From the NCBI GenBank assembly GCA_964366455.1, contig CAYISZ010000001.1:15111-79110 (forward strand): DNA of 64,000 bases, read 5' to 3'. Under the pieces are notes generated by a model that saw only the letters and a list, made by a program, of their open reading frames with translations, did no database searches and had not been told where the DNA came from. Position numbers and translations under genes: made by a program. Below, piece by piece: positions 37,157 through 46,027 of this stretch. Positions within the stretch are counted from its first letter, which is position 1. Every line of letters begins with the position of its first letter. Source of the stretch: an uncultured Gammaproteobacteria bacterium (GTDB lineage: Bacteria > Patescibacteriota > Microgenomatia > UBA1406 > GWC2-37-13).

Positions 37157-38383
37157 TTAAGAACTTAGAACTTTAATTAGTTCTTCTTTTGTCAGTTCTT
37201 TTTGTTCCTTGGTTTTCATGTCTTTGAGTTTATATACTTTTTTATCAACTTCCTCAGGTCCGATAATTAAGACATAGGGAATATTATTTCTGTCAGCATA
37301 CTTAAGCTGTTTATCTAGTTTTTTATCAGTCTCCGGATAAAGCTCAGCAGAAATTCCAGACATTCTTAGTGCGGTAGTAATTTGAATTGAAGCATTTACA
37401 GAGTCTGTGTTAAAGACCGTGACCAGAACCTTTGTTGGTTTTGAGGAAGTGTCTGGAAGTTTATTTTTTTCTGTCAGATATGCGAGAAGTGCGGTGTCCG
37501 AGACAGCATAACCAACACCCGCTATTTCTGATTTCTCATTAAAATTCGAAATTAGATTTGCATACCTTCCTCCTCCAAGGAGCGTGACGCGACCTGTTGC
37601 ATTTTTCTTTTTGATTTCAAAAACAAGACCGGTGTAGTAATCGAGTCCTCGAACTACCCGAAGATTAATCGAACAAAGTTTATCTACGCCATATTCCTTC
37701 AAATACTGAAACAACTCTTTAAAGTAAGGATCGTCCTGCACCGAAATTGAAGAATCAATTAGTTTTTTTACAGAATCATCTAGTTTAACATTGGACTTAT
37801 CCATACGATCGATTTGCTGTAGTACTTCCCCAAGTTGTTCTTGTCTTACGCCAATTTCCAAAAGCTGTGCTTGAAGGAAGGCTCGCGAATTAATCTGCAC
37901 TTCAAATTCATCATCGGTAAATCCTAGAGTCTTAAGAATTGAAATGGCCGATACCAAAATTTCAGCATCTGAAAGAACGCTGTTGCTTCCCAAGATGTCA
38001 AAATCTGCTTGCCAAAATTCTCTACTTCTACCTTTTTGTGGAGCTTCGTATCGGAAACGAGGGCCGATATTAAAATATTTTAAGGGCAAAATTAGTTCTC
38101 TTTCTTTAGTCGCTATCATTCGTGCTAAGGTAGGGGTCATCTCTGGTCTTAAGATCCATTGATCGTCTTCACCGCGCGGTTTGATCTGAAAAGTTTGCTT
38201 CTCAAGCAGTTCTTCCGAGCTTTTATTGGCATACAAAGAGACGGGTTCCACAATGGGTCCGTCATATTCCTCAAAACCGAACTGTCTTGCTACCTCGCGG
38301 AATGCAGAAAAAACAAACTGTTGCAATGCTTTTTCTCTTGGATATAGATCCGTAAATCCACGAAGAGCCTGAATCTGTTTCAT
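37157..38383 (-). CDS. hisS: Histidyl-tRNA synthetase
   Basis: 408 aa with ALRGFTDLYP and class II motifs (FRYEAPQKGRSREFWQ). Confidence 0.93.
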   Translation of the reverse strand: MKQIQALRGFTDLYPREKALQQFVFSAFREVARQFGFEEYDGPIVEPVSLYANKSSEELLEKQTFQIKPRGEDDQWILRPEMTPTLARMIATKERELILPLKYFNIGPRFRYEAPQKGRSREFWQADFDILGSNSVLSDAEILVSAISILKTLGFTDDEFEVQINSRAFLQAQLLEIGVRQEQLGEVLQQIDRMDKSNVKLDDSVKKLIDSSISVQDDPYFKELFQYLKEYGVDKLCSINLRVVRGLDYYTGLVFEIKKKNATGRVTLLGGGRYANLISNFNEKSEIAGVGYAVSDTALLAYLTEKNKLPDTSSKPTKVLVTVFNTDSVNASIQITTALRMSGISAELYPETDKKLDKQLKYADRNNIPYVLIIGPEEVDKKVYKLKDMKTKEQKELTKEELIKVLSS

Positions 38384-38390
38384 AGACTCA

Positions 38391-38396
38391 ATTATA
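38391..38396 (-). promoter_or_regulatory. -10 box 7 nt upstream of the hisS ATG (leaderless candidate)
   Basis: Minus strand reads GGTGGTATAATTGAGTCTATG. Confidence 0.5.
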
Positions 38397-38419
38397 CCAC
38401 CTTCGAAAGGGAGATTTAT

Positions 38420-39682
38420 TTACTGAAGAACGACTTCTATGGCTTTTTCGAGTTGGGCGTCGAGTTCGCGCGTGAGAGTATTTCCTTCGGGAATCACATT
38501 AGCTACTGGGTACTTTGGCTCAATTCCTTTTCCGTTTATCCATTCACCACCTGGCAAAATCCATTTTGCTATTGTGACATGAATTCCTGCGCCACCCTTT
38601 AGATCGAGCGCTTCCTGCACCGACCCTTTTCCAAACGACTTTATCCCGATAAGATCGGCTCTTTTATGGTCTCGCAGAGCACCTGAGAAAATCTCGGATG
38701 CTGATGCCGACCCTTGATTAATAAGAATGCTTACTGGAACGTCGAGTAAAGAGCCTTTGCGATCAACCGTATACGTTCTACTTGGATTTACTGTCGACTC
38801 TTGTTTGACTATAAGTTTGCCTAGAGGCAAAAATTCCGACGAAAGGTAGACAGCACTGTCCAGAAAACCTCCTGGATTATCTCTCATGTCTATTACTAAA
38901 CCACTGATTGTTTTCTTATTCCATTCTTGTAGTACCGTGGCAACTGCTTCGTCCCACTCTTGATTCGTGTTTTCACCGAACTGAGTCACCTTGACTACCG
39001 CTACTTTTCTACAATTGCTTTTGCATGATTTGAGTGAGTCAAAGGAGGTTTCGACAGATATTACCTTAATTTCATCTCTTACAATCGAGACCTCAATCTC
39101 TTTTGGTGAGCCGACGCGCAACAAGCCAAGCTTCACCTTAGTGCCTTTTTTTCCACGTATCTTGGAAACTGCTTGAGGAAGCGACCAGTTTTTTGTAACC
39201 TTTCCGTCAACTTTCTGGATGTAATCACCCGCTCTGACGCCAGCTTTTTCTGCGGGTGAGCCCTTGATAGGAGCTATCACTACAATTCTATTATTGGCGA
39301 GTCCAAGCGAGGCGCCAATTCCTTCGAAGCGTCCACCGAGATCTGCTTTGGATTGTTTATTGTCCTCTGGTGTTAAGAAGAACGTATACGGATCATCGAC
39401 CGACGCAACCATTCCCTTTAACGCTCCGTAAAACATTTTCTGTGGATCTAGTTTCTTCTTGTCCACATACTTTTTTTCCAGCAAGTCTACCGTTTCCCAA
39501 AATAGCGCAAAATCGAACTTAGCTTTTTTTGCTTTGTCTGCATCTACATTCAGTAAAGTGAAAGATTTACTTTGTATCTGCGAACTTTCGGATTTGAATT
39601 CTCCAAGTTTAAAACCAGCTCCAAAAAGCAGAACTGCAATAGCTAGACCAAAAAGAATATTGGTGATATTGCGCTTATTCAT
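38420..39682 (-). CDS. S41 family C-terminal processing peptidase with PDZ domain
   Basis: N-terminal TM segment, PDZ (GVRAGDYIQKVDG) and catalytic region NQGSASASEIF. Confidence 0.88.
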   Translation of the reverse strand: MNKRNITNILFGLAIAVLLFGAGFKLGEFKSESSQIQSKSFTLLNVDADKAKKAKFDFALFWETVDLLEKKYVDKKKLDPQKMFYGALKGMVASVDDPYTFFLTPEDNKQSKADLGGRFEGIGASLGLANNRIVVIAPIKGSPAEKAGVRAGDYIQKVDGKVTKNWSLPQAVSKIRGKKGTKVKLGLLRVGSPKEIEVSIVRDEIKVISVETSFDSLKSCKSNCRKVAVVKVTQFGENTNQEWDEAVATVLQEWNKKTISGLVIDMRDNPGGFLDSAVYLSSEFLPLGKLIVKQESTVNPSRTYTVDRKGSLLDVPVSILINQGSASASEIFSGALRDHKRADLIGIKSFGKGSVQEALDLKGGAGIHVTIAKWILPGGEWINGKGIEPKYPVANVIPEGNTLTRELDAQLEKAIEVVLQ

Positions 39683-39684
39683 AG

Positions 39685-39782
39685 TTTGAAATTTGAAATT
39701 CGAAATTTGAAATCAATTTGAAATGTTTAAAAATTGAAAATTTTAACTTGAATAAAAATTGAAAACTTCAAACTAAAAATTA
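39685..39782. repeat. Heptamer-word array, copy B of the element at 30953-31028, immediately upstream of the S41 peptidase start
   Basis: Same 56-nt core, plus a 25-nt internal insertion (39741-39765) and the shared tail cttcaaactaaaaatta, whose last TTA is the stop codon of the upstream gene. Confidence 0.8.
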
Positions 39783-40505
39783 CTCAATATCGTAGAGATA
39801 CATTGTAGCGTTTTTTTTATCGACGATGCAATGAGTTTGCTTGGATTTGGAGAGTTTATCCCACAAGCTTTTGTCTTCCAGTTCTGCCGAGTTCACTCCC
39901 GCCTTCTCCTTAATGTCCTCTTTGGTAATAATGCCGTTTACCCCGAGTACATCCAATCTAACTGCTTCGGTTGGTTTGACTGATTCCGTAAAAATAACTT
40001 TATTCTTAACAGAGTCGCCTACAAGTTCTGTGAGATGTATGCTCTCTTGGTAAAGCACTTCCCCGCCAAAATCGCTGACCACGTCTTTCAGTTTGTATTC
40101 ATCTGCCGATTCTACCTCCAGAGTTACGACAGAATCTTTTAGGCTTTTTACTACACCCTTAAAATAACATTTTCTTATATCGGAGCTTTCGGTCAAGGTT
40201 TCTATATAGAGGGAGCCGGTCTCGTGATCGATTTGCTTTATTATGCCCGACTTTGGCGATGAGATTTTTTTAGTTCCAAAGGTTGATTTTCGTATTGCAA
40301 GAATTTCATTTGCTTCCACAGTATCTCCAACAATTTTGGACATGTGCATGAATATTTTGTCATTTGGGATTCCAAGCTCTTGAGCTATATGTATCTGAAA
40401 TCCTGTTTTGGCTACGGTCCTAACAAGTGGAGTATTAAAATCAACGACCTGTCCAGGTGTCAGCTGAAGAGTGCCAGGCGCGGAAATGGAGAAAGTTATG
40501 GTCAT
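39780..40505 (-). CDS. Hypothetical protein
   Basis: 241-aa ORF sitting where rplI (L9) commonly follows rpsR. No L9 motifs seen. Confidence 0.5.
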   Translation of the reverse strand: MTITFSISAPGTLQLTPGQVVDFNTPLVRTVAKTGFQIHIAQELGIPNDKIFMHMSKIVGDTVEANEILAIRKSTFGTKKISSPKSGIIKQIDHETGSLYIETLTESSDIRKCYFKGVVKSLKDSVVTLEVESADEYKLKDVVSDFGGEVLYQESIHLTELVGDSVKNKVIFTESVKPTEAVRLDVLGVNGIITKEDIKEKAGVNSAELEDKSLWDKLSKSKQTHCIVDKKNATMYLYDIE

Positions 40506-40553
40506 ACATTAAGTATACCCGATTAGGCAGAGCCAGTTTTAGTTAAAAACTTA

Positions 40554-40763
40554 TTAAGCTCCGTGGTAGGAGATATAAGGAAGTAGTCCCATGAACTGAG
40601 CGTACTTCACGTGCTTGGTTAGCATGCGTTGATGTCCTGCGCAGATTCCGGAAATTTCTCTAGAAGCAATTTTTTTTCGTGCTGATAAAAACTTCTGAAG
40701 ATTGTCTGGCTCCAGAAAATTTGGGTCAATTCCGAACTGGCAAAAATAGCATTTATTTTTCAT
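40554..40763 (-). CDS. rpsR: 30S ribosomal protein S18
   Basis: 69 aa with CYFC...LQKFLSARKKI...GHQRMLTKHVKYAQFMGLLPY. Confidence 0.93.
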   Translation of the reverse strand: MKNKCYFCQFGIDPNFLEPDNLQKFLSARKKIASREISGICAGHQRMLTKHVKYAQFMGLLPYISYHGA

Positions 40764-40773
40764 ATTGTTTTTT

Positions 40774-41289
40774 TTAGAACGGTATGTCGTCTGGATTTAT
40801 AACTTCGGACTTCGAACTTACTTGCCCTGAGCCTGCCGAATGGGCTGTCTCTTTTACTTCAACTGGCGCCTCTTGTGGCGAGCTAGGTGCATCTACTTCA
40901 TGAGCTTCTGGTGAATGCTCTACATGTTCTGTCTCAGATTCTCCAGCCTGTTTAGCGCTGCTGAAAACTATGAAATCGTCCATGATAATCTCGGTGACAC
41001 TTTTTTGCTGACCATCCTTAGCGGTGTAACTATGATAAGCGAGCCTGCCTTCCAGATAGACCTTCTTTCCTTTAGACAGAAGCTTGCCACAAAGTTCTGC
41101 TAGTTTATTCCAAGCCGTGATGCGATGAAACTGCGTATCTTCTTTGGTCTGGCCTTCTGCTGTGGTCCAAGTTCTGTTTGTCGCTAGGCCAAATGTGCAA
41201 ACGGCTGCACCACTTGGTGTGTACTTTACTTCAGGGTCTCTTGTCAGGTTGCCCAGAAGTACAACTTTGTTTATTGATCTACTTGCCAT
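40774..41289 (-). CDS. ssb: Single-stranded DNA-binding protein
   Basis: INKVVLLGNLTRDPE OB fold and an acidic C-terminal DDIPF tip. Confidence 0.95.
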   Translation of the reverse strand: MASRSINKVVLLGNLTRDPEVKYTPSGAAVCTFGLATNRTWTTAEGQTKEDTQFHRITAWNKLAELCGKLLSKGKKVYLEGRLAYHSYTAKDGQQKSVTEIIMDDFIVFSSAKQAGESETEHVEHSPEAHEVDAPSSPQEAPVEVKETAHSAGSGQVSSKSEVINPDDIPF

Positions 41290-41292
41290 AGT

Positions 41293-41556
41293 TTACTCTT
41301 GCTCAAGCAATAAGTATCGAATTAATACTTCGTTAAATCCAAGCTTCTTTTTAAACTCAGTCACCTTGTTTTTTGGCATAGCAATTCTCCACTGATAAAG
41401 AGAAGCCTCCATCAACTTCTTGATAGGATATGCTAAAGTTTTCTTTCCGTGCTGCTTTTCGTCTTGTACAGTTCCGTCAAGAGAAGTGATGAGGGTTTTA
41501 AGATTTCCCATCTCCTCTTCCTGATTGAGCAAAAAAACGAAGTCGTATGCTGACAT
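41293..41556 (-). CDS. rpsF: 30S ribosomal protein S6 (short)
   Basis: 87 aa with YDFVFLL...HGKKTLAYPIKK. Conserved rpsF-ssb-rpsR order. Confidence 0.85.
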   Translation of the reverse strand: MSAYDFVFLLNQEEEMGNLKTLITSLDGTVQDEKQHGKKTLAYPIKKLMEASLYQWRIAMPKNKVTEFKKKLGFNEVLIRYLLLEQE

Positions 41557-41563
41557 TTCAACC

Positions 41564-41571
41564 TATATAAT
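41564..41571. promoter_or_regulatory. Overlapping divergent -10 boxes: TATATA for rpsF and TATAAT for the GT-C gene, each 7 nt from its ATG
   Basis: The plus strand reads cctatataat aattgga ATG. The minus strand reads TATATA ggttgaa ATG. The intergenic spacer is only 22 nt. Confidence 0.45.
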
Positions 41572-41578
41572 AATTGGA

Positions 41579-43174
41579 ATGAGTCCAAAAATCAAGTGGT
41601 TAGCCTGGGGAGCGATTATTGTTCTGCTCGTCTGCACGCGCCTTATCAACCTTTCGTGGGGGTTGCCTTACCCGTTTCACCCCGATGAGCGGAATATGGC
41701 CAATGCAATTCAAGGATTGAATTGCGAAATTTCAAATTTCAAATTTCAAATTTCAAATTGCTTTAACCCTCATTTTTTTGCATACGGACAACTTCCGATT
41801 TATCTTGGGTACGCGCTTGTACTGCTCAGCAGAATAACTTCGCGGATTTCAGGCGCAATACGTTTTGACGAAGCTGTCATGGCGTTACGCTTCATTTCCT
41901 TCGCCGCATCGTTGTTAACCGCATATGTTTCGTTCAAAATTCTCAAACAATTCATACCTAATACTAGATACTTGCTACTTTATACTCTTCCCTTGGTCTT
42001 CTCCCCTGCCCTAATCCAGTTCGCACATTTTGGGACGACAGAGTCGCTGTTAATGTTAATTTTCACTTGGTTAGTATATCTTTGTCTAAAGCTTGGCTCA
42101 AAGCGCGACTCGAAAGATGTAGATAGTATATATATATGGATCGGGGTGGTGACTGGACTAGCTATAGCGACCAAGGTATCATCTCTTTTGTTTGCCGCTG
42201 TTCCATTTTTAACAATTTCAACTTCACCTCGGACTTTTAAAAATGAGTCGAAATATGAAAAATTTTGGCAGATTTTTAATGAATTAATTTTTGTTGGGTT
42301 TGTTACTGGAGCTACCGCAATCCTTTTTTCTCCATACAACTTGATTTCATGGAAAGAGTTCATTGGCTCAATCGATTATGAATCTATGGTGGCAACAGGA
42401 AAAGCTTTGGTTTTTTATACGCGAACTTTTACAGAATCAGTACCGGTGCTATTTCAGTTTGAGCGAATATTCCCCTACGCACTTGGGTGGCCTGTTTTCG
42501 TACTTTTTCTCATTGGATTTTTGACTCTACCATGGAAGAGAAATTACAATATTTTAAGAGTTGCCTTCTTAATATATTTTCTACCCAGTGCTTTTCTTTT
42601 TACAAAATGGACCAGATTCATGGCACCAGTAATGCCACTAATGGTAGTAATTGCAGTTCTCTTTGTTTCAAAATTGCCAAAACGCTTGGGTTATTTTGCC
42701 TGCCTATTATTAATTATCCCCGGGATATTGTTTTTGAAGGTTTACACAACGCCCGACGTTCGATTTCAGGCTTCTGAATGGATGGATAAAAATATTCCGA
42801 ACAATTCGTATGTACTACAAGAAACGGCGAACGTGGTGGACCTACCGGTTTATGATAGAACTTATAACTTAGAACATAGAGCTTTTAAGAACATATCATT
42901 CAATTTCTATGACCTAGATGCAGATAAGAAGCTACAAGAAGACTTACTAAAGCATCTTAAAAAAGCGGACTATATTATTGTTCCTTCACGTCGAATATTT
43001 AAGAATCATAAAGCAGACAAATATCCAATACTGAATGAATATTACGACAAATTGTTCTCTGGAAAATTAGAGTTTAAACAAGTGGCGGAGTTTAAAATTC
43101 TTGACGATGAAGACGCTGAGGAGACCTGGACGGTTTTTGATCATCCGGTGGTAAGAATATTTAAGAGAATGTAG
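41579..43174 (+). CDS. GT-C-fold membrane glycosyltransferase (ArnT/PMT_2-like)
   Basis: Start set to ATG 41579 (MSPKIKWLAW); the track's TTG at 41525 overlaps rpsF. First-loop motif YPFHPDERNM, more than 10 TM segments and a soluble C-terminal domain. Confidence 0.7.
   Translation: MSPKIKWLAWGAIIVLLVCTRLINLSWGLPYPFHPDERNMANAIQGLNCEISNFKFQISNCFNPHFFAYGQLPIYLGYALVLLSRITSRISGAIRFDEAVMALRFISFAASLLTAYVSFKILKQFIPNTRYLLLYTLPLVFSPALIQFAHFGTTESLLMLIFTWLVYLCLKLGSKRDSKDVDSIYIWIGVVTGLAIATKVSSLLFAAVPFLTISTSPRTFKNESKYEKFWQIFNELIFVGFVTGATAILFSPYNLISWKEFIGSIDYESMVATGKALVFYTRTFTESVPVLFQFERIFPYALGWPVFVLFLIGFLTLPWKRNYNILRVAFLIYFLPSAFLFTKWTRFMAPVMPLMVVIAVLFVSKLPKRLGYFACLLLIIPGILFLKVYTTPDVRFQASEWMDKNIPNNSYVLQETANVVDLPVYDRTYNLEHRAFKNISFNFYDLDADKKLQEDLLKHLKKADYIIVPSRRIFKNHKADKYPILNEYYDKLFSGKLEFKQVAEFKILDDEDAEETWTVFDHPVVRIFKRM
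41727..41760 (+). repeat. Heptanucleotide tandem repeat (AAATTTC)x4.9 inside the CDS
   Basis: aaatttc aaatttc aaatttc aaatttc aaattg, encoding [11 protein letters not shown]. Same word as the intergenic arrays at 30953 and 39685. Confidence 0.85.
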
Positions 43175-43206
43175 TATATTGTATATATAAGTATTAATCT
43201 CAAATT

Positions 43207-43998
43207 ATGAATAAAACTATCTATCAAGTTACAGGAGCAATATTTTTACTTTTAGTTTTGGTCAAGCTATTTAACGTCTCCTATCCGGTAAATATTCGTG
43301 TTGTAAACTCAACCGAATCGGCTGAGTTTACCGTTGTTGGAACTGGCAAGGTAGATGTAGTCCCCGATGTTGCAGTTATTGACGCTGGAATAACGGTAAG
43401 TAATTTACCTACAGCAGATGAGGCAAAGAAAGAAATGACAGCAGTAAACAACAGAATTATTCAGGTGGTTAAGGCGATTGGTATTGAAAAAAAAGATATA
43501 GAAACAAGTAATTTCAATATTTATCCTGAGTATGAGACGAGCGGTATAGTGCGACCGATGATGCTTGAGAAATCAGCTACCGCAGGAACTTCCGATTCAG
43601 CATCTAAAATTTCAGGGTACAGTGGCACAGCAAGTGTGACAATTAAGGTTCGGAAAAAAGAACTTGCCCCTCAAGTAATCTCAAATGTAACTGGTGCGGG
43701 TGCGACCAATGTATCAGGTCCAAGATTTATGGTGGATGATCCACAATCTTATCGTGAAAAAGCTCGATCTGAGGCAATAAAAAATGCTCAAGAGCAGGCT
43801 AAAAAACTTTCAAAAGAACTCGGAATCAAACTGGGAAAAGTAACTAATATGATTGAGTCCGGCAATGGCCCGTATTACGATTATGGTCGCGGTGGTGTTG
43901 AAACCATGAGCGCTAAAGCGTTGCCAGAATCTCCAATATTTCAAGAAGGAACAGATACCGTATCTTCAACTGTGACGCTATTCTTCGAACGGAAGTAA
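43207..43998 (+). CDS. SIMPL/DUF541-family secreted protein
   Basis: N-terminal signal anchor with family-like segments (GYSGTASVTIKVR, AIKNAQEQAKKLSKELG). Confidence 0.65.
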   Translation: MNKTIYQVTGAIFLLLVLVKLFNVSYPVNIRVVNSTESAEFTVVGTGKVDVVPDVAVIDAGITVSNLPTADEAKKEMTAVNNRIIQVVKAIGIEKKDIETSNFNIYPEYETSGIVRPMMLEKSATAGTSDSASKISGYSGTASVTIKVRKKELAPQVISNVTGAGATNVSGPRFMVDDPQSYREKARSEAIKNAQEQAKKLSKELGIKLGKVTNMIESGNGPYYDYGRGGVETMSAKALPESPIFQEGTDTVSSTVTLFFERK

Positions 43999-44012
43999 CT
44001 TCTGTTAAATCA

Positions 44013-44378
44013 TTAAGTTTGGCGAAAACTTGGACGTCCATTTTTGTCGTAAAAAATTACTTTTTCAAAAAACCTTACGTCATTCTCTATATATCCCAGA
44101 TAAACTATAGACGGTTTTTTCCTATGCGAAAAATATACAGGTTTTTTACCATCGCGACCAGATAAATATTTAGGCTTTATTTTGGGATTAACCTCTGTAG
44201 TTTGTCTAAGAATTTTTCTTAACTTCGCTTTCGCTCGTGCACGATCTAACTCAGTGTCCGGAACACCAGCATAAGAAAAGAATGCTTCAGCGACACTATT
44301 GCTGATCATAATTGACGGCTTTGGTCTTTCCACATTTCTGACGTTTGGAGAAATGAGTCTTTCTGCTGTTACTGACAT
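44013..44378 (-). CDS. Hypothetical basic protein
   Basis: 121-aa ORF. Its ATG directly abuts an upstream terminator. No motif recognised. Confidence 0.4.
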   Translation of the reverse strand: MSVTAERLISPNVRNVERPKPSIMISNSVAEAFFSYAGVPDTELDRARAKAKLRKILRQTTEVNPKIKPKYLSGRDGKKPVYFSHRKKPSIVYLGYIENDVRFFEKVIFYDKNGRPSFRQT

Positions 44379-44380
44379 AT

Positions 44381-44403
44381 AAAAAAACCCGCCGATTGGC
44401 GGG
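44381..44403 (-). terminator. Rho-independent terminator (CCCGCC-AATC-GGCGGG + U7)
   Basis: Minus strand reads CCCGCCAATCGGCGGGTTTTTTT, ending 2 nt before ATG 44378. Confidence 0.7.
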
Positions 44404-44442
44404 ATTGTTAAGGTTAATGTTGGTATACCTCAATCCACGCCG

Positions 44443-44493
44443 TTAGGCGGTGATAATGAGGAGACCAAGAATTGCATTAGCATTAAATTTCAT
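44443..44493 (-). CDS. Candidate 16-codon leaderless mini-ORF (MKFNANAILGLLIITA)
   Basis: TATAAT at 44501-44506, a 7-nt spacer, then ATG. The stop TAA lies in the loop of hairpin 44428-44461. Confidence 0.3.
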   Translation of the reverse strand: MKFNANAILGLLIITA

Positions 44494-44533
44494 TAAAATA
44501 ATTATACAAAAATTTCCTAAAAAAACAATATTA

Positions 44534-45940
44534 TTAATTGATTTTTTTAACAGAGTAGTTGTCACCAATATCCTCTACCCTATATCCTAGTTTCTCTATC
44601 TCAGCTCTTAGTTGATCGGACGTAGTGAAGTCTTTATTTTTTCTTGCTGTTTCTCTTTTCATCACAAGTTCAAGAATGTTTTTAGGAATCAGTTCTTCGT
44701 TTAGTTCTTTTAGATTGAGGCCAAGAACTTGATCAAGTTCATACAGCAAATCCAGTTTGTCTTCAGAAGGAATGTTGGACTTAAGCATAGACCAGACAAC
44801 TGCCACTGCCTGAGGCATTTGAAGATCGTTCTCAAGTGCGGCTCTGAATTGGGATCTGAATGTATCGACTTGAATTAATTTATCTTCCGAAATCATTTGT
44901 CTGTCCGTCTGTTTTCTCAGGGCCAAAACTAGTTCTCGTAATTTAATCAAACTGTTCTGTGCGCCTTCCAGCGATTCCCACGTAAAGTTCATTTGCTGTC
45001 TGTACTGAGTTTGTGTAAATAAGTAGCGAAGCGCTATCGGGTCTACATTTTTCTTTTTAATATCTTTAAGAGTGTAAAAATTTTGAAGAGACTTGCTCAT
45101 CTTAACCCCATCAACCAAAAGAAATTCGTTGTGAAACCATTGCTTTACAAATGGTTTACCGGTTGCTGTTTCGGACTGTGCGATTTCGTTTTCATGGTGA
45201 ACAGGAATATGGTCCACACCACCGGAGTGAATATCAATGGTTTTACCAAGATACTTCATGCTCATAGCCGAACACTCAATGTGCCATCCGGGAAAACCTT
45301 CTCCCCATGGTGAGCTCCAGTGCATTTCGTGATTGGCAAAACGTCCAACTGTTTTGAACCATAACGCAAAATCAGCGGGATTTTTTTTCTCAGGATCTGC
45401 CACAACCTCTTTGCGAGCTTGCTGAATTTTTTCGTCAAGTTTCTGTCCAGACAGCTTTCCGTAGTTAGCGAATTTTGCCGTTTCAAAATAGATAGCTTCC
45501 TTTGTTTCGTAAGCGAATCCTTTTTCCACCAACTTTTTTACAAGCTCAATCATTTCTTCAATATGATCAGTTGCTTTGCAGGTTGTTTCAGCGGGAAGAA
45601 TGTTAAGAGCCTTCATTGTCTCAAAAAAATTATCGGCATAAAATTTCGCAACATCCCAGACCGATTTGCCCGATGACTTTGCGCCTTTCTCCAATTTGTC
45701 CTCTCCCTCATCGGTGTCCCCTGTCAGGTGTCCAACATCGGTGATATTCATTACGTGATTTACTTTTAGCCCAAGATATGTGAGAGTTCGTTTTAGGAAA
45801 TCAGTGTTCGTATAAGCACGCATGTGACCGATATGTGTGAAGTCGTACACGGTAGGACCGCACGAGTAAAAAGAAACTTCAGGAGGCATTTGAGGTTTAA
45901 ACTCTTCAATTTCTCTCGATGCAGTATTGTATAGTTTCAT
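44534..45940 (-). CDS. cysS: Cysteinyl-tRNA synthetase
   Basis: HIGHMRAY (HIGH) and KMSKS motifs. Confidence 0.95.
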   Translation of the reverse strand: MKLYNTASREIEEFKPQMPPEVSFYSCGPTVYDFTHIGHMRAYTNTDFLKRTLTYLGLKVNHVMNITDVGHLTGDTDEGEDKLEKGAKSSGKSVWDVAKFYADNFFETMKALNILPAETTCKATDHIEEMIELVKKLVEKGFAYETKEAIYFETAKFANYGKLSGQKLDEKIQQARKEVVADPEKKNPADFALWFKTVGRFANHEMHWSSPWGEGFPGWHIECSAMSMKYLGKTIDIHSGGVDHIPVHHENEIAQSETATGKPFVKQWFHNEFLLVDGVKMSKSLQNFYTLKDIKKKNVDPIALRYLFTQTQYRQQMNFTWESLEGAQNSLIKLRELVLALRKQTDRQMISEDKLIQVDTFRSQFRAALENDLQMPQAVAVVWSMLKSNIPSEDKLDLLYELDQVLGLNLKELNEELIPKNILELVMKRETARKNKDFTTSDQLRAEIEKLGYRVEDIGDNYSVKKIN

Positions 45941-45946
45941 TTACTC

Positions 45947-45952
45947 ATTGTA
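45947..45952 (-). promoter_or_regulatory. -10 box (TACAAT) 6 nt upstream of the cysS ATG (leaderless candidate)
   Basis: Minus strand reads TTGCTACAATGAGTAAATG. Confidence 0.45.
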
Positions 45953-46027
45953 GCAATAATCCGCCTGAAGGTAAATTCATTTGCCAAACAACTCACCGTG
46001 TTCGTGCTTTGGTGGCGAAGTGAAAAG

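Noticed and set aside
41980-42363. 127-aa minus-strand ORF inside the GT-C gene
   Set aside because: It is antisense to a 532-aa membrane protein with a consistent TM pattern, and there is no independent signal.
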